Assembly (NCBI GenBank): GCA_964496765.1
Contig: CAZCAP010000006.1
Span: 6,959-38,958, forward strand
Reading direction: 5' to 3'
DNA: 32,000 bases
Origin: an uncultured archaeon
Lineage (GTDB): Archaea > Iainarchaeota > Iainarchaeia > Iainarchaeales > CSSED10-239
The position numbers and the translations under genes are program-made. Shown piece by piece: positions 19,399 through 28,434 of this stretch (position 1 is the stretch's first letter; every line of letters begins with the position of its first letter). Under the pieces are notes generated by a model that was given only the letters and a program-made list of their open reading frames with translations, was not told where the DNA came from and ran no database searches.

Positions 19399-20136
19399 TT
19401 AATACAGTTCAGAAAAATTAGTTAACATGGTTGTGTTAAGTCTACCCTCAATTCCATTCATCGAATCAGATATACTTATATTAATATCATTAATCTGAGA
19501 ATTAACATTATCAAATTGAGTAGTTACGTTATTGAATTCATTCATGATATTATTATCAATATAATTTTGCACATCATACACTCTTGCATCAACTGAGCTT
19601 ATTCTTTCAGTTAGATTATTATCCAAATCATCTAATCTCTGCACAAGTGCAACGTACTGTTCTCTCTGGGATCTTGAAACTTCAACAATTAAATTAAGTC
19701 CTGTTGAAACGTGGAATGAAGATGAAATTTGCAATACCCTTGGGGTTCCATTTCTAATTACTGTACACTTTACTGCTTCTTCATACACTCCTTCATATTC
19801 AGGAGTAATGAATGAAACATAATAGTTCCCAGGAACTGTGGTTGGACCCATTTCCCTATCCACAAAGAAGAAAGATTTATCAGGGTATAGTAAGGATACA
19901 ATACAATTTGCATCAGTTATTGATATTCCTTTGGCATCCTGTAGCCTAACAATAATCTGACCCTGTTCATTACTTATGTATTCAGTTCCAGATACCATCA
20001 TAAGATCTGATGCTACTCCCCTTCCTTTAAAGTAAAATATAAGAAAGATGCCTATTGCAAGAAGAACAACTATACCTATTACTAGGTATATTCTTTTTCT
20101 ATTTCTACTTTCATGCATATGCTGTCTAAACATCAT
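19399..20136 (-). CDS. Membrane-anchored extracytoplasmic protein: N-terminal TM, beta-sandwich-like domain, C-terminal coiled coil
   Basis: KRIYLVIGIVVLLAIGIFLIFYF anchor, then a domain shared with 21689-22186 (IIVRLQDAKG...C.V..L.PDKS.F...VPG.YY...YE..V.C), then coiled coil. Confidence 0.8.
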   Translation of the reverse strand: MMFRQHMHESRNRKRIYLVIGIVVLLAIGIFLIFYFKGRGVASDLMMVSGTEYISNEQGQIIVRLQDAKGISITDANCIVSLLYPDKSFFFVDREMGPTTVPGNYYVSFITPEYEGVYEEAVKCTVIRNGTPRVLQISSSFHVSTGLNLIVEVSRSQREQYVALVQRLDDLDNNLTERISSVDARVYDVQNYIDNNIMNEFNNVTTQFDNVNSQINDINISISDSMNGIEGRLNTTMLTNFSELY

Positions 20137-20254
20137 ATTATTATTTCAACTCAGAGATTATGACTATATTATATAGTTAATATATAAAAACAAAAAGTAT
20201 AAAAAACCAGGGGATTTCAATTTATCCCCCTGATCTTCCATAAACCAAATTCAT

Positions 20255-22186
20255 TTATGATATTATTCTTACATCAATCTGGCTCTCTTGATTATCTAAA
20301 ATATTGTGAGCTGTAGAATTAATGTCTGTTGTTTGTGCCTTAATAATACCAATGTCTGTTAATAATGTATCAATTCTTGATGACACACTTCCTGAAAGGT
20401 ATTCCCAGGTTGTTGTTGTTGTATTATCTATTTCATCAAGTCTTGCTACCTGTTCATCATGCATTACAACAGCAGCTGCTTTGATACTATATATTTCTTG
20501 ACATAGAGCACTTGAGTCGGTCTCTGGGTTTGAACAAAACTGTTCAAGTAAAGTAATATTTCCATCAATGTTTTCAAATCTTTGGTCAATTGCTGCTCTA
20601 TCTGTATCATTCATAGCATGTGTTGTTAACCATGTGGTATCATCCTTAACACTCTGTACCTGAGTTGATAATTGATCAAGCATAGCGTTTAATTGAAGGT
20701 TAAGATCTCCAGCAACAAGTCCTATAATCATATCTGATAAAGAAGCATTAACATCTGCTAAATCAGATTTAATTTCCTGTCCTGTTATAACAACCTGTCC
20801 ATTAACACTAACTTCTAAACTATCAAGTCTTGCACTTAGGAAATTATTTGAATCTAAGAATTTCTGTGCAATTAAAGCATTTGTGTTATTAAATTGGTTT
20901 GTTATTTGGCTTGATAAACTTACGTTCAATGAATCTAAAATTCCTGTTAGGTTTGTATTAACATTTGCTAAATTTGTGTTTATCTCGTCACCAGTATCTT
21001 GAACCTTAGCATTCAAACTTACATTCACATTTTCAAGTTGAGCAGAAAGCTCAGCAAACTTGGTTGTCATTTGTGTTGCAAGGTTTGTGTTTACTGTGTT
21101 CAATAGATTTGTTAAAGATGTATCAACATTTGTTAAGTGAGCATTTATTGAATCACCTGTTGCTTCCATCTTACCATCTAAACTTAAGTTAATGTCCTGT
21201 AAATTATTTCCAAGAGTCTCAAATTCAGAACCCATTTGGTTTGAAAGGTTTGTATTTACTGTGTTTAGGATACTTGTCATTGATGCATTTACATCACTTA
21301 GGTTTGTGGTTATTATTTGTCCAGTTTCAGCAACCTTAGCCATGATTGTTAAGTTAACATCATTTAGTTGTGCTGTTGATGCATTAAATTCGCTTAACAT
21401 CTGACCAGATAAGCTAGTATTAACAGAATTTAATAAACTTGTTAATGATGTATTAGATGTGCTTATACTTGTTTGTAATTCCTGTCCTGTGGTTACAACA
21501 GTTCCAGTAATACTTACATTAACAGCATCTAGTTGAGTTCCAAGTGTATTAATTCCTTCATTTAATTGGTTTGTTACACCTGCATTAACATCTGTTATTA
21601 AATCATTTAAGTTTGTATTCATATTTGAGATATTAGTTGTTAATATTTCGTTTGTGTCTGCAATCTGTGCACTTAAAGAAACATTTACTTATCCAAGGTT
21701 TGCATCAAGTGCATCTACCTTTTCAGTAACTATTCTTACCTGCTCAAGAGCTGGGTTTAAGTGGAATGATTGAGATGTTTTAATTGTTTGTGTTCCCTTA
21801 AGACAGGTTACTTCCTGTTCATAGGTTCCAAGCGGAGCACCAGCAAGTGAATCTGTTCTATACCAGTTTCCTGGGATATTTGATAAAGCTAGTGGCTGAT
21901 CATCAACAAATGTACTCTTATCCGGTTTTAGGATAGTTACGTTACATGAGTCAACTGCATAGGGGTCTCCTCTAAAATCAGCAAGTCTTACTATTGTTGA
22001 GGCAACGTCATCTCTCCAATATTCAGTGTGGGATACCCAACTGACTACTGGTTCATTAACTGTTTGCTTACCATCAGTGTATGCAAATGCAAAGAATGCA
22101 ATTACAACTATCACAATGGTTGAAACAATACCCCATCTAATAAGCTTTTTTTTCTTATTTGTATATTTTGGATTTAAATCTTCCAT
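20255..22186 (-). CDS. Long repetitive membrane-anchored extracytoplasmic coiled-coil protein, interrupted by an in-frame TAA at 21689-21691
   Basis: Track ORFs 21689-22186 and 20255-21622 are in the same frame. The 55-aa repeat continues without shift on the 3' side of the stop (LDANLG*VNVSLSAQIADTNEIL...). Confidence 0.8.
20480..21688 (-). repeat. Array of ~six degenerate 55-residue (165-nt) protein repeats
   Basis: Units begin VNVSLSAQIADT, VNVSITGTVVTT, VNLTIMAKVAET, INLSLDGKMEAT, VNVSLNAKVQDT and LEVSVNGQVVIT. The first four are each 55 aa and the fifth is extended to 70 aa. The outer 3' boundary is approximate. Confidence 0.8.
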
Positions 22187-22459
22187 ATCTTCACCTTATT
22201 TCACAATTTTTTTTTAAAAATATAACTACTATTCTGATGCCCTAAATCAATAGACTTTAGGCTAATAGCTTACTATATGTTGGCTATAATGATTATAAAC
22301 CTATTTGTTTAGAAAATTAAAGAAAATCAATGATTTTGGTAAGATTATTAACCATTAACTGTGAACAATTACCTTCAAAACACACTTGTTTACTAGGATA
22401 ATAAGCTTATTTTAACCCAACTAAGTTAAGTAGGTAATTTTGATTGGATTTCATATGAA

Positions 22460-23080
22460 TTATTTATTTAAAATAAGTATAAACTTTTTTTTTTTAATAG
22501 ATGCTTCATTATAAATAAATTTGCGTACATTAAAATCGCATCTCTCAAATGCAGATGCAACAACATCAAAAACTAATTCATTTCCTGGATAAAATTGAAT
22601 TGCAAAAGCTCCTTTCTCTGATAAGAGATTAAACACATCTTTTCCTATTTTTTTTATTATATTTTTTATTTCCAGTTCTTTCTTATTTGAAATTACCCAT
22701 TGAAGAGAAGAAACAGAAATAATTAAATCAAAAGAGTTTTTTTGAAAAGCCAAGGCCCCTAAATCCAAAAACCCACCAACTTTCACATTTAATTTTTTTC
22801 TTTTTGCAATGTTTATCATTTCTATTGCTGGATCAATTCCCACCACATTCTTATATCCTAAAGATTTAAGATAACTAATAGAAAAACCAGTTCCACATCC
22901 AATATCTAGTATCCTATCCTTATTACTAATATGAGCTTTAGAAAGAGAAAGAAGAATAGATGTTAATTCCTCTTGAGTTTTTTTCATTCCTGAAGAAAGA
23001 TCATATCTTTCTGCTTCTTTTTTTATATAAAAATCATTTGGATTTTCATATTCCTCTTCAGGAGTAATCTTTTTAGTCAT
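22460..23080 (-). CDS. Class I SAM-dependent methyltransferase (BioC/UbiE-like)
   Basis: Motif I ILDIGCGTGFSISYLKSLGYKNVVGIDPAIEMI and FDLIISVSSLQWV. C-terminus runs into an A11 homopolymer. Confidence 0.85.
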   Translation of the reverse strand: MTKKITPEEEYENPNDFYIKKEAERYDLSSGMKKTQEELTSILLSLSKAHISNKDRILDIGCGTGFSISYLKSLGYKNVVGIDPAIEMINIAKRKKLNVKVGGFLDLGALAFQKNSFDLIISVSSLQWVISNKKELEIKNIIKKIGKDVFNLLSEKGAFAIQFYPGNELVFDVVASAFERCDFNVRKFIYNEASIKKKKFILILNK

Positions 23081-23084
23081 GTAT

Positions 23085-23696
23085 TTATTTTCCTTTCTTT
23101 TCCTTTAAATACAAATTATAAATTATTCCTACAGAGACTAAACAAAATACTTCTACAATTACAAAAGTTAATGAAAAACCAATTATTGATGCAAGAACTG
23201 CACCCACTAGCCCAGCAATTCCTATTCCGAAACTAACAAATGTTGAATAAACAGACCACTGAAAGCCCTCTCTTCTCTTATCAAGATTTCTTGTCCAAAT
23301 ACTTGTCCAAACAGGATATTCAATTCCTGAACCTATTCCAAAAATAAATTCAGCTAGATATATCCAATAAATATTATTTGCAAAAATATAAATTAATGGA
23401 GCAATTGAAATTATCATGGTTCCAATAAGTAACCATTTCATTTTTTTCTTTTGCTTATCAACAAACCTAGAAAAAGGAAGTTGAATAATACACTTAGTTA
23501 TAAGAAATATTGCACTTGCAATTCCTGCTGAAAGAATGCTTCCCCCAACAAGATTATCCTTTAGAAAAATAGCAAAGATTGGGGCAACCAACCCAAACCC
23601 AGTACCAACAATCAGATCAATAAAAAGTAAATGCCATAAAGTTTTATTAAGTATTCTATTAAACTTTAGGTCATTAAGTAATTTCATATAATCCAA
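23085..23696 (-). CDS. Half-size major facilitator superfamily-like membrane protein (203 aa)
   Basis: Six hydrophobic segments with an MFS loop 2-3-like RFVDKQKKKMKWLLIG and AEFIFGIGSGIEYPVWTSIWTRNL. Confidence 0.75.
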   Translation of the reverse strand: MDYMKLLNDLKFNRILNKTLWHLLFIDLIVGTGFGLVAPIFAIFLKDNLVGGSILSAGIASAIFLITKCIIQLPFSRFVDKQKKKMKWLLIGTMIISIAPLIYIFANNIYWIYLAEFIFGIGSGIEYPVWTSIWTRNLDKRREGFQWSVYSTFVSFGIGIAGLVGAVLASIIGFSLTFVIVEVFCLVSVGIIYNLYLKEKKGK

Positions 23697-23698
23697 TT

Positions 23699-24865
23699 TT
23701 ATTTTTTAGTTATTATTGTTTGAGTAGGGTATGCAAAATTAATTTTTTCTTTTTCAAATTGTTTTTTTATCTCAAAATTAACCTTATCCTTAATTGCAAG
23801 ATACTTTCCATAGTCCATTTCTGCCACATAGTAGATAACTTCTATATCTAATGAATAATCATTGAACTTATCAAAGGTAATATATTGAGTATCTGTAACC
23901 TTTGTTGTTTTCTTTAGGATATCTTTAATTATTTGCTTTGATTTTTCAAGTTTTGCTGTAGAGGTATCATAAACAAGCCCTAATCTCATAACAACTCTTC
24001 TAATGTTTCTTGCGGTGTAATTTTCTATTGCCTGCATAGATAGCTTACTGTTAGGAACAACAATTAGCGTGTTATCAAATGTTCTAATTCTTGTGGATCT
24101 AATTCCGATTTCTTCAACAGTTCCATTAACTTCAGTTGTTTTAACTAGATCTCCAACCTTGAAAGGTTTTTCAGAAAAAATCATGATTCCAGATATGAAA
24201 TTCTCAAGCATATCCCTTGCTGCAAATGCAATTGCAATACCACCAATTCCTAGTCCAGCAATTAAAACACTTATATTGTATCCAAAGTTAGCAAGAATAA
24301 TCAAGATTGCAAAAATAAATATAATAATTTTGGTTAATGTTTTTAATAGAGGGATTATTTGATCATCATATTTACTATCTGTTTTTGCAGTATATACTTC
24401 AATATATTCTTTAATTAATCCCAATATAAATTTAATTACAAATAGAGATATGCCTAAAACATAAATTACAAAAGATAATTTTGTAACCACATTTTTTAAG
24501 CCGTCAGATACTATTAAATAACGAAATCCAATATTGAAAAAGATAGTAACTACAATTAATTGAAATGGTCTTGGTCTCTCAAGAATTGAAACAATTATAT
24601 CATCAAGTTTATTTTTTGTTTTTTTAGCAAGACTTAATAAAATGTGTTTAGTTACCCAAACAATAACTTTGGTTGAAATGAAACCAATAATTATCATTAC
24701 AATAAAAAAAAGATATTGCTTTAATGTGTTCCCAAAAATTGGAGAACTTAGTGTAATTAATCCAGTAACTAACGAGCTCATAATTATCATCCAAAAATCA
24801 AATATTTTAACGATATAAATCAATTTATAAATAATTTGATATATATTATATATTATATATTCCAA
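23699..24865 (-). CDS. mscS: MscS-family mechanosensitive ion channel
   Basis: GLGIGGIAIAFAARDMLENFISGIMIFSEKPFKVGDLVKTTEVNGTVEEIGIRSTRIRTFDNTLIVVPNSKL is the core MscS pore/beta-domain sequence. The true start may be an internal Met. Confidence 0.93.
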   Translation of the reverse strand: MEYIIYNIYQIIYKLIYIVKIFDFWMIIMSSLVTGLITLSSPIFGNTLKQYLFFIVMIIIGFISTKVIVWVTKHILLSLAKKTKNKLDDIIVSILERPRPFQLIVVTIFFNIGFRYLIVSDGLKNVVTKLSFVIYVLGISLFVIKFILGLIKEYIEVYTAKTDSKYDDQIIPLLKTLTKIIIFIFAILIILANFGYNISVLIAGLGIGGIAIAFAARDMLENFISGIMIFSEKPFKVGDLVKTTEVNGTVEEIGIRSTRIRTFDNTLIVVPNSKLSMQAIENYTARNIRRVVMRLGLVYDTSTAKLEKSKQIIKDILKKTTKVTDTQYITFDKFNDYSLDIEVIYYVAEMDYGKYLAIKDKVNFEIKKQFEKEKINFAYPTQTIITKK

Positions 24866-24915
24866 AAAATATTTAAAGTCTTCTTTTAAAAATAAAAAAA
24901 TAATAGTGATATAAT

Positions 24916-25620
24916 ATGGTCTTTCAAAACGTTGTTGAACTCAAAGAAGTTTATAAAATCTATAAAATGGGAACTAATGAAGTTCATGCTCTTGATGGAG
25001 TAACTCTAACAATTAGAAAAGGGGAATTTGTTTCTATTATGGGTGCATCCGGTTCTGGCAAATCAACAATGATGCACATAATTGGTGCCCTTGATCTTCC
25101 AACAAAAGGAGAAGTACTAATTAATAATAAGAAATTATCGAGTTTATCTGAAGATGAGCTTGCAAAAATTAGAGGTAAATCCATTGGTTTTGTTTTTCAA
25201 GAATTCAATCTAATTCCAACATTAACAGCTCTTGAAAACGTAAATCTTCCTGTTCTTTTCCAGGATGACGATGGTAATGATGATCACATGAATAGATGTA
25301 AGGCATTACTTGGGTTAGTTGGGTTACAAGATAGATTAGATCATAGACCCAATGAATTATCTGGTGGCCAACAGCAGAGAGTTGCAATTGCAAGAGCTCT
25401 TGCAAATAATCCAGAAATTATTCTAGCTGACGAACCAACAGGCGCTCTCGATTCAAAATCAAGTCTAGAAATAATAGAGCTTCTTAAAAAACTAAACACA
25501 GACGGAAATACAATTATAATTATAACGCACGATAAAAACATTGCTCAACATGCAAGAAGAAATGTTTTTTTAAAAGATGGTAAAATAATTAGTGACAAAA
25601 TAGTGAAAAAATATGGTTAA
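24916..25620 (+). CDS. ABC transporter ATP-binding protein (LolD/MacB/FtsE type)
   Basis: Walker [11 protein letters not shown]-loop [17 protein letters not shown], signature [15 protein letters not shown], Walker [14 protein letters not shown]. Confidence 0.97.
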   Translation: MVFQNVVELKEVYKIYKMGTNEVHALDGVTLTIRKGEFVSIMGASGSGKSTMMHIIGALDLPTKGEVLINNKKLSSLSEDELAKIRGKSIGFVFQEFNLIPTLTALENVNLPVLFQDDDGNDDHMNRCKALLGLVGLQDRLDHRPNELSGGQQQRVAIARALANNPEIILADEPTGALDSKSSLEIIELLKKLNTDGNTIIIITHDKNIAQHARRNVFLKDGKIISDKIVKKYG

Positions 25621-26488
25621 GCTAAATAGAACCACAAACATTAAAGAAATATTAGGAACAAATAAGCACATAGATAAAAACATAAGAATAAAATTGAAGA
25701 AAAGAATAGAAAAACAAATCAAAAAAAGCATAACCCAAATAGCATTTGATAGGTATTTTTCTAAAAAGTATGCTATATATAGAAAACAGGCCAAACTAAT
25801 AATACTACAAAGTCAAAAAATGATTAGAAATATTAATCAGAATCCAAAACTCAAGACTGCACAACTATTATTCATAGACAGGGATGCAATACCATTCATG
25901 CAAACCATGAAAATACTTGAACAAAAACAAGGAAATAATGAACATATATTTGGAAATGTATTATTTAGTGATAAGCTATTCAAAGATTACATAAAGTTCG
26001 TTGGAATAGCAAGTATAATTAAACAAAAATCACCAGGAATACAATTAATTTCAAAATATATTGAACAATTAGAAAATGCTCCTGAATTTAAAGAATATAA
26101 AACCCAAAAAACAATTAAAAATATAGATCCATCCAAACCCATCATAATAATTGATTCGGGAATTGTTGGAAGCCACTTAAAAATAAATGAAGCCATGTTG
26201 AATTACATATTCCCAAATACAAAGATATATACAGGATTATTTTATCATAATCGATTATCTAAAAATACAGTGGACTTCACCATAGCAGAAAACAAAGTAA
26301 ACACAGTATTTAAACAATTTGCAATCAAACAAGCAGAATTAGAAAAAATCCCAAAATTCGAAAACAAGTTAGAATCAATAAAAAATGGGGAAACAATTAG
26401 AACAAACAAAAGGGAACCACAAAATCCTATCTCCGCAAAAATTTTCGCAATAGCTTTGGGTAATGAATTATTAAAATATACAAAATAA
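25613..26488 (+). CDS. Uncharacterised cytosolic protein embedded in the ABC operon (291 aa)
   Basis: Overlaps the ATPase stop by 8 nt. Contains AQLLFIDRDAIPFMQTM and KPIIIIDSGIVGSHLKINEAML. Fold not assigned. Confidence 0.75.
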   Translation: MVKLNRTTNIKEILGTNKHIDKNIRIKLKKRIEKQIKKSITQIAFDRYFSKKYAIYRKQAKLIILQSQKMIRNINQNPKLKTAQLLFIDRDAIPFMQTMKILEQKQGNNEHIFGNVLFSDKLFKDYIKFVGIASIIKQKSPGIQLISKYIEQLENAPEFKEYKTQKTIKNIDPSKPIIIIDSGIVGSHLKINEAMLNYIFPNTKIYTGLFYHNRLSKNTVDFTIAENKVNTVFKQFAIKQAELEKIPKFENKLESIKNGETIRTNKREPQNPISAKIFAIALGNELLKYTK

Positions 26489-26495
26489 GACACAT

Positions 26496-27728
26496 ATGAA
26501 AAACATATTTTTATTTGTTATTCAAAATCTAAGACGTAGAAAACTTAGAAGTTGGTTAACTGTAATTGGTATAATCGTTGGAGTTCTTGCAATAGTTTCA
26601 CTAATGTCTCTATCCCAAGGATTAAAAGATTCAATTACAAATGAATTTGATAAGCTGGGAGCACAGAAAATAACAATTACTTCAAAATTAAATGCACTTG
26701 GTGCAGAAACAAATAAAGGCCTAACAACAGATGATATAAGAGAAATTAAAAAATTAGGGGATATTCAGGATGTAATAGGTAAAATAAATTCTGGACTACT
26801 AATTAAGTATAATGGAGAAAGTAAATTTCTAACAGTTACTGGCTATGACACCACACAAATGATAGAAATATTCAAGCAGGACAATGTTGAACTACTTAAG
26901 GGTAGACTTCCAGCATCTCAAAAAGCAAGAGAAATTATTGTTGGCTATGGGTTTTATTCGGTGGATAAAACTAGTGGTGTTTCTTCTTCTCCATTGGGTT
27001 TCGAAAGTAGTTCTTTTAAAAAAAAAATAGATGTTGGATCTGAGGTTGAGATTAATAATGAAAACTATAGGGTTGTTGGTATTCTCAAGGACACAGGAAA
27101 TGCACAAACCAATAGAAATTGTTATATGCCCATTGAAACCCTAAGAAAAATAACAGGAGCTAGTGAAACCAGCGTTGATTCAATTTTTGCAATTGTGAAA
27201 GATGGAAGAGATGTTGAAATTGTGGGAGATAAAATTAAGGATAGACTTGAAAAGTTTAGAGGAGAATTAGATTTTGATATATCAACTCCAGCAAAAGCTA
27301 GCAAAGATAGGGAAGATATGCTAAACATTGTTTCAATAGTAGTTATTGGTATTGCTTCTATCTCTCTACTAGTTGGAGGAATAGGAATAATGAATTCAAT
27401 GTACACTTCTGTTCTTGAAAGAAGAAAGGAAATAGGTGTGCTTAAAGCAATTGGAGCAAGAAGACAGGACATATTAAATATATTTCTTCTAGAATCAGGA
27501 TTAATAGGATTAATTGGTGGTCTTCTAGGAACAATAGTAGGTTTCCTACTAGCCTATGGGGTTAACTTTGTTGGAAATCAGCTTGGAACACCTCTTGCAA
27601 TTGCATTTAATTTCAATATAGTTTTAATTGCATTGGGCTTTTCGTTTTTCCTAGGTTTGCTTTCTGGGTTTCTACCAGCCTACAGGGCATCAAGACAAGA
27701 AGCTGTAGAAGCTCTTCATGAGGAATAA
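26496..27728 (+). CDS. ABC transporter permease (MacB/FtsX family)
   Basis: N-terminal FVIQNLRRRKLRSWLTVIGIIVGVLAIVSLMSL, C-terminal NSMYTSVLERRKEIGVLKAIGARRQDILNIFLLESGLIGLIGG and LLSGFLPAYRASRQEAVEAL. Confidence 0.96.
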   Translation: MKNIFLFVIQNLRRRKLRSWLTVIGIIVGVLAIVSLMSLSQGLKDSITNEFDKLGAQKITITSKLNALGAETNKGLTTDDIREIKKLGDIQDVIGKINSGLLIKYNGESKFLTVTGYDTTQMIEIFKQDNVELLKGRLPASQKAREIIVGYGFYSVDKTSGVSSSPLGFESSSFKKKIDVGSEVEINNENYRVVGILKDTGNAQTNRNCYMPIETLRKITGASETSVDSIFAIVKDGRDVEIVGDKIKDRLEKFRGELDFDISTPAKASKDREDMLNIVSIVVIGIASISLLVGGIGIMNSMYTSVLERRKEIGVLKAIGARRQDILNIFLLESGLIGLIGGLLGTIVGFLLAYGVNFVGNQLGTPLAIAFNFNIVLIALGFSFFLGLLSGFLPAYRASRQEAVEALHEE

Positions 27729-28407
27729 AAAAGTGATAACTTTGAAAGGATATGGACGTCTAAGAATTGAAAAAAAAGGGCTAACTTCATTTTTAATTGA
27801 AAAAAAAGAACATTGGCCAGCTTTTGGAGAAAAAGAGAGATTTAATTACACATACGTAACTAAATTTAAAAATTTACCAATTATGCATTTGAAAAGTATT
27901 AATAAAAAAAATCCAAAAATTATGATTTTAGGTGCAGGATCAGGAAGAGAATTAATTGAATTAAAAGCAATTTTGAAAAAAGAAAAAATTAATCCAGAAA
28001 TAAATGTTTTTTCTTTAACTAAATCATTAGACAAGACTGTTGAAAAAAAAATAGTTAACAAAGATTATTCACTAAATAAAGCTATTGAAAATATTGATCC
28101 GAAAATAGATAAGCAAATAATTAAAGAAAATATTGGAAAATATGATTTAGTTGTTGCCCCATTAAGTGTAGGAGTATATACTGATCATGTGGCTTATAAC
28201 ATGCTACTAACATCTTTGTTATTAAGAAAACATGGAAAAGCCTATATTGAAGTTAATTATAAAACTGAAAACTTAACAAGATATAAAAAATTCATTAGAT
28301 TATATAATAAACAATTTAATAAAAATTATGAATTTATTATTAATGAAATAAAAATGGATAGAAAACTAACTAATCAAAAGTATTTTGAAATAATTAGAAC
28401 AAACTAA
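27718..28407 (+). CDS. Uncharacterised Rossmann/methyltransferase-like protein (229 aa)
   Basis: Overlaps the permease end. PKIMILGAGSGRELIELKAIL resembles a nucleotide/SAM-binding loop, and KYDLVVAPLSVG follows. Confidence 0.7.
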   Translation: MRNKKVITLKGYGRLRIEKKGLTSFLIEKKEHWPAFGEKERFNYTYVTKFKNLPIMHLKSINKKNPKIMILGAGSGRELIELKAILKKEKINPEINVFSLTKSLDKTVEKKIVNKDYSLNKAIENIDPKIDKQIIKENIGKYDLVVAPLSVGVYTDHVAYNMLLTSLLLRKHGKAYIEVNYKTENLTRYKKFIRLYNKQFNKNYEFIINEIKMDRKLTNQKYFEIIRTN

Positions 28408-28434
28408 AAAGAGAAAATAAAGGTGAAATAAATT

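Noticed and set aside
19299-19400. Possible frameshifted continuation of the 19399..20136 protein beyond its stop (other frame reads ...IKDLNQAIMQWQTCLILIILDCFIFI*)
   Set aside because: Some coiled-coil-like residues continue after the stop, but the stretch is short and has no clear repeat match, unlike the TAA case at 21689. The evidence is too weak.
20480-21688. Repeat array as a CRISPR or tandem DNA repeat
   Set aside because: Repeats are 165 nt, degenerate and in frame at the protein level. There is no spacer structure and there are no cas genes.
24984-25541. Minus-strand ORFs within the ABC ATPase gene (24984..25184, 25205..25405, 25341..25541)
   Set aside because: Antisense shadows of a gene with all ABC signature motifs.
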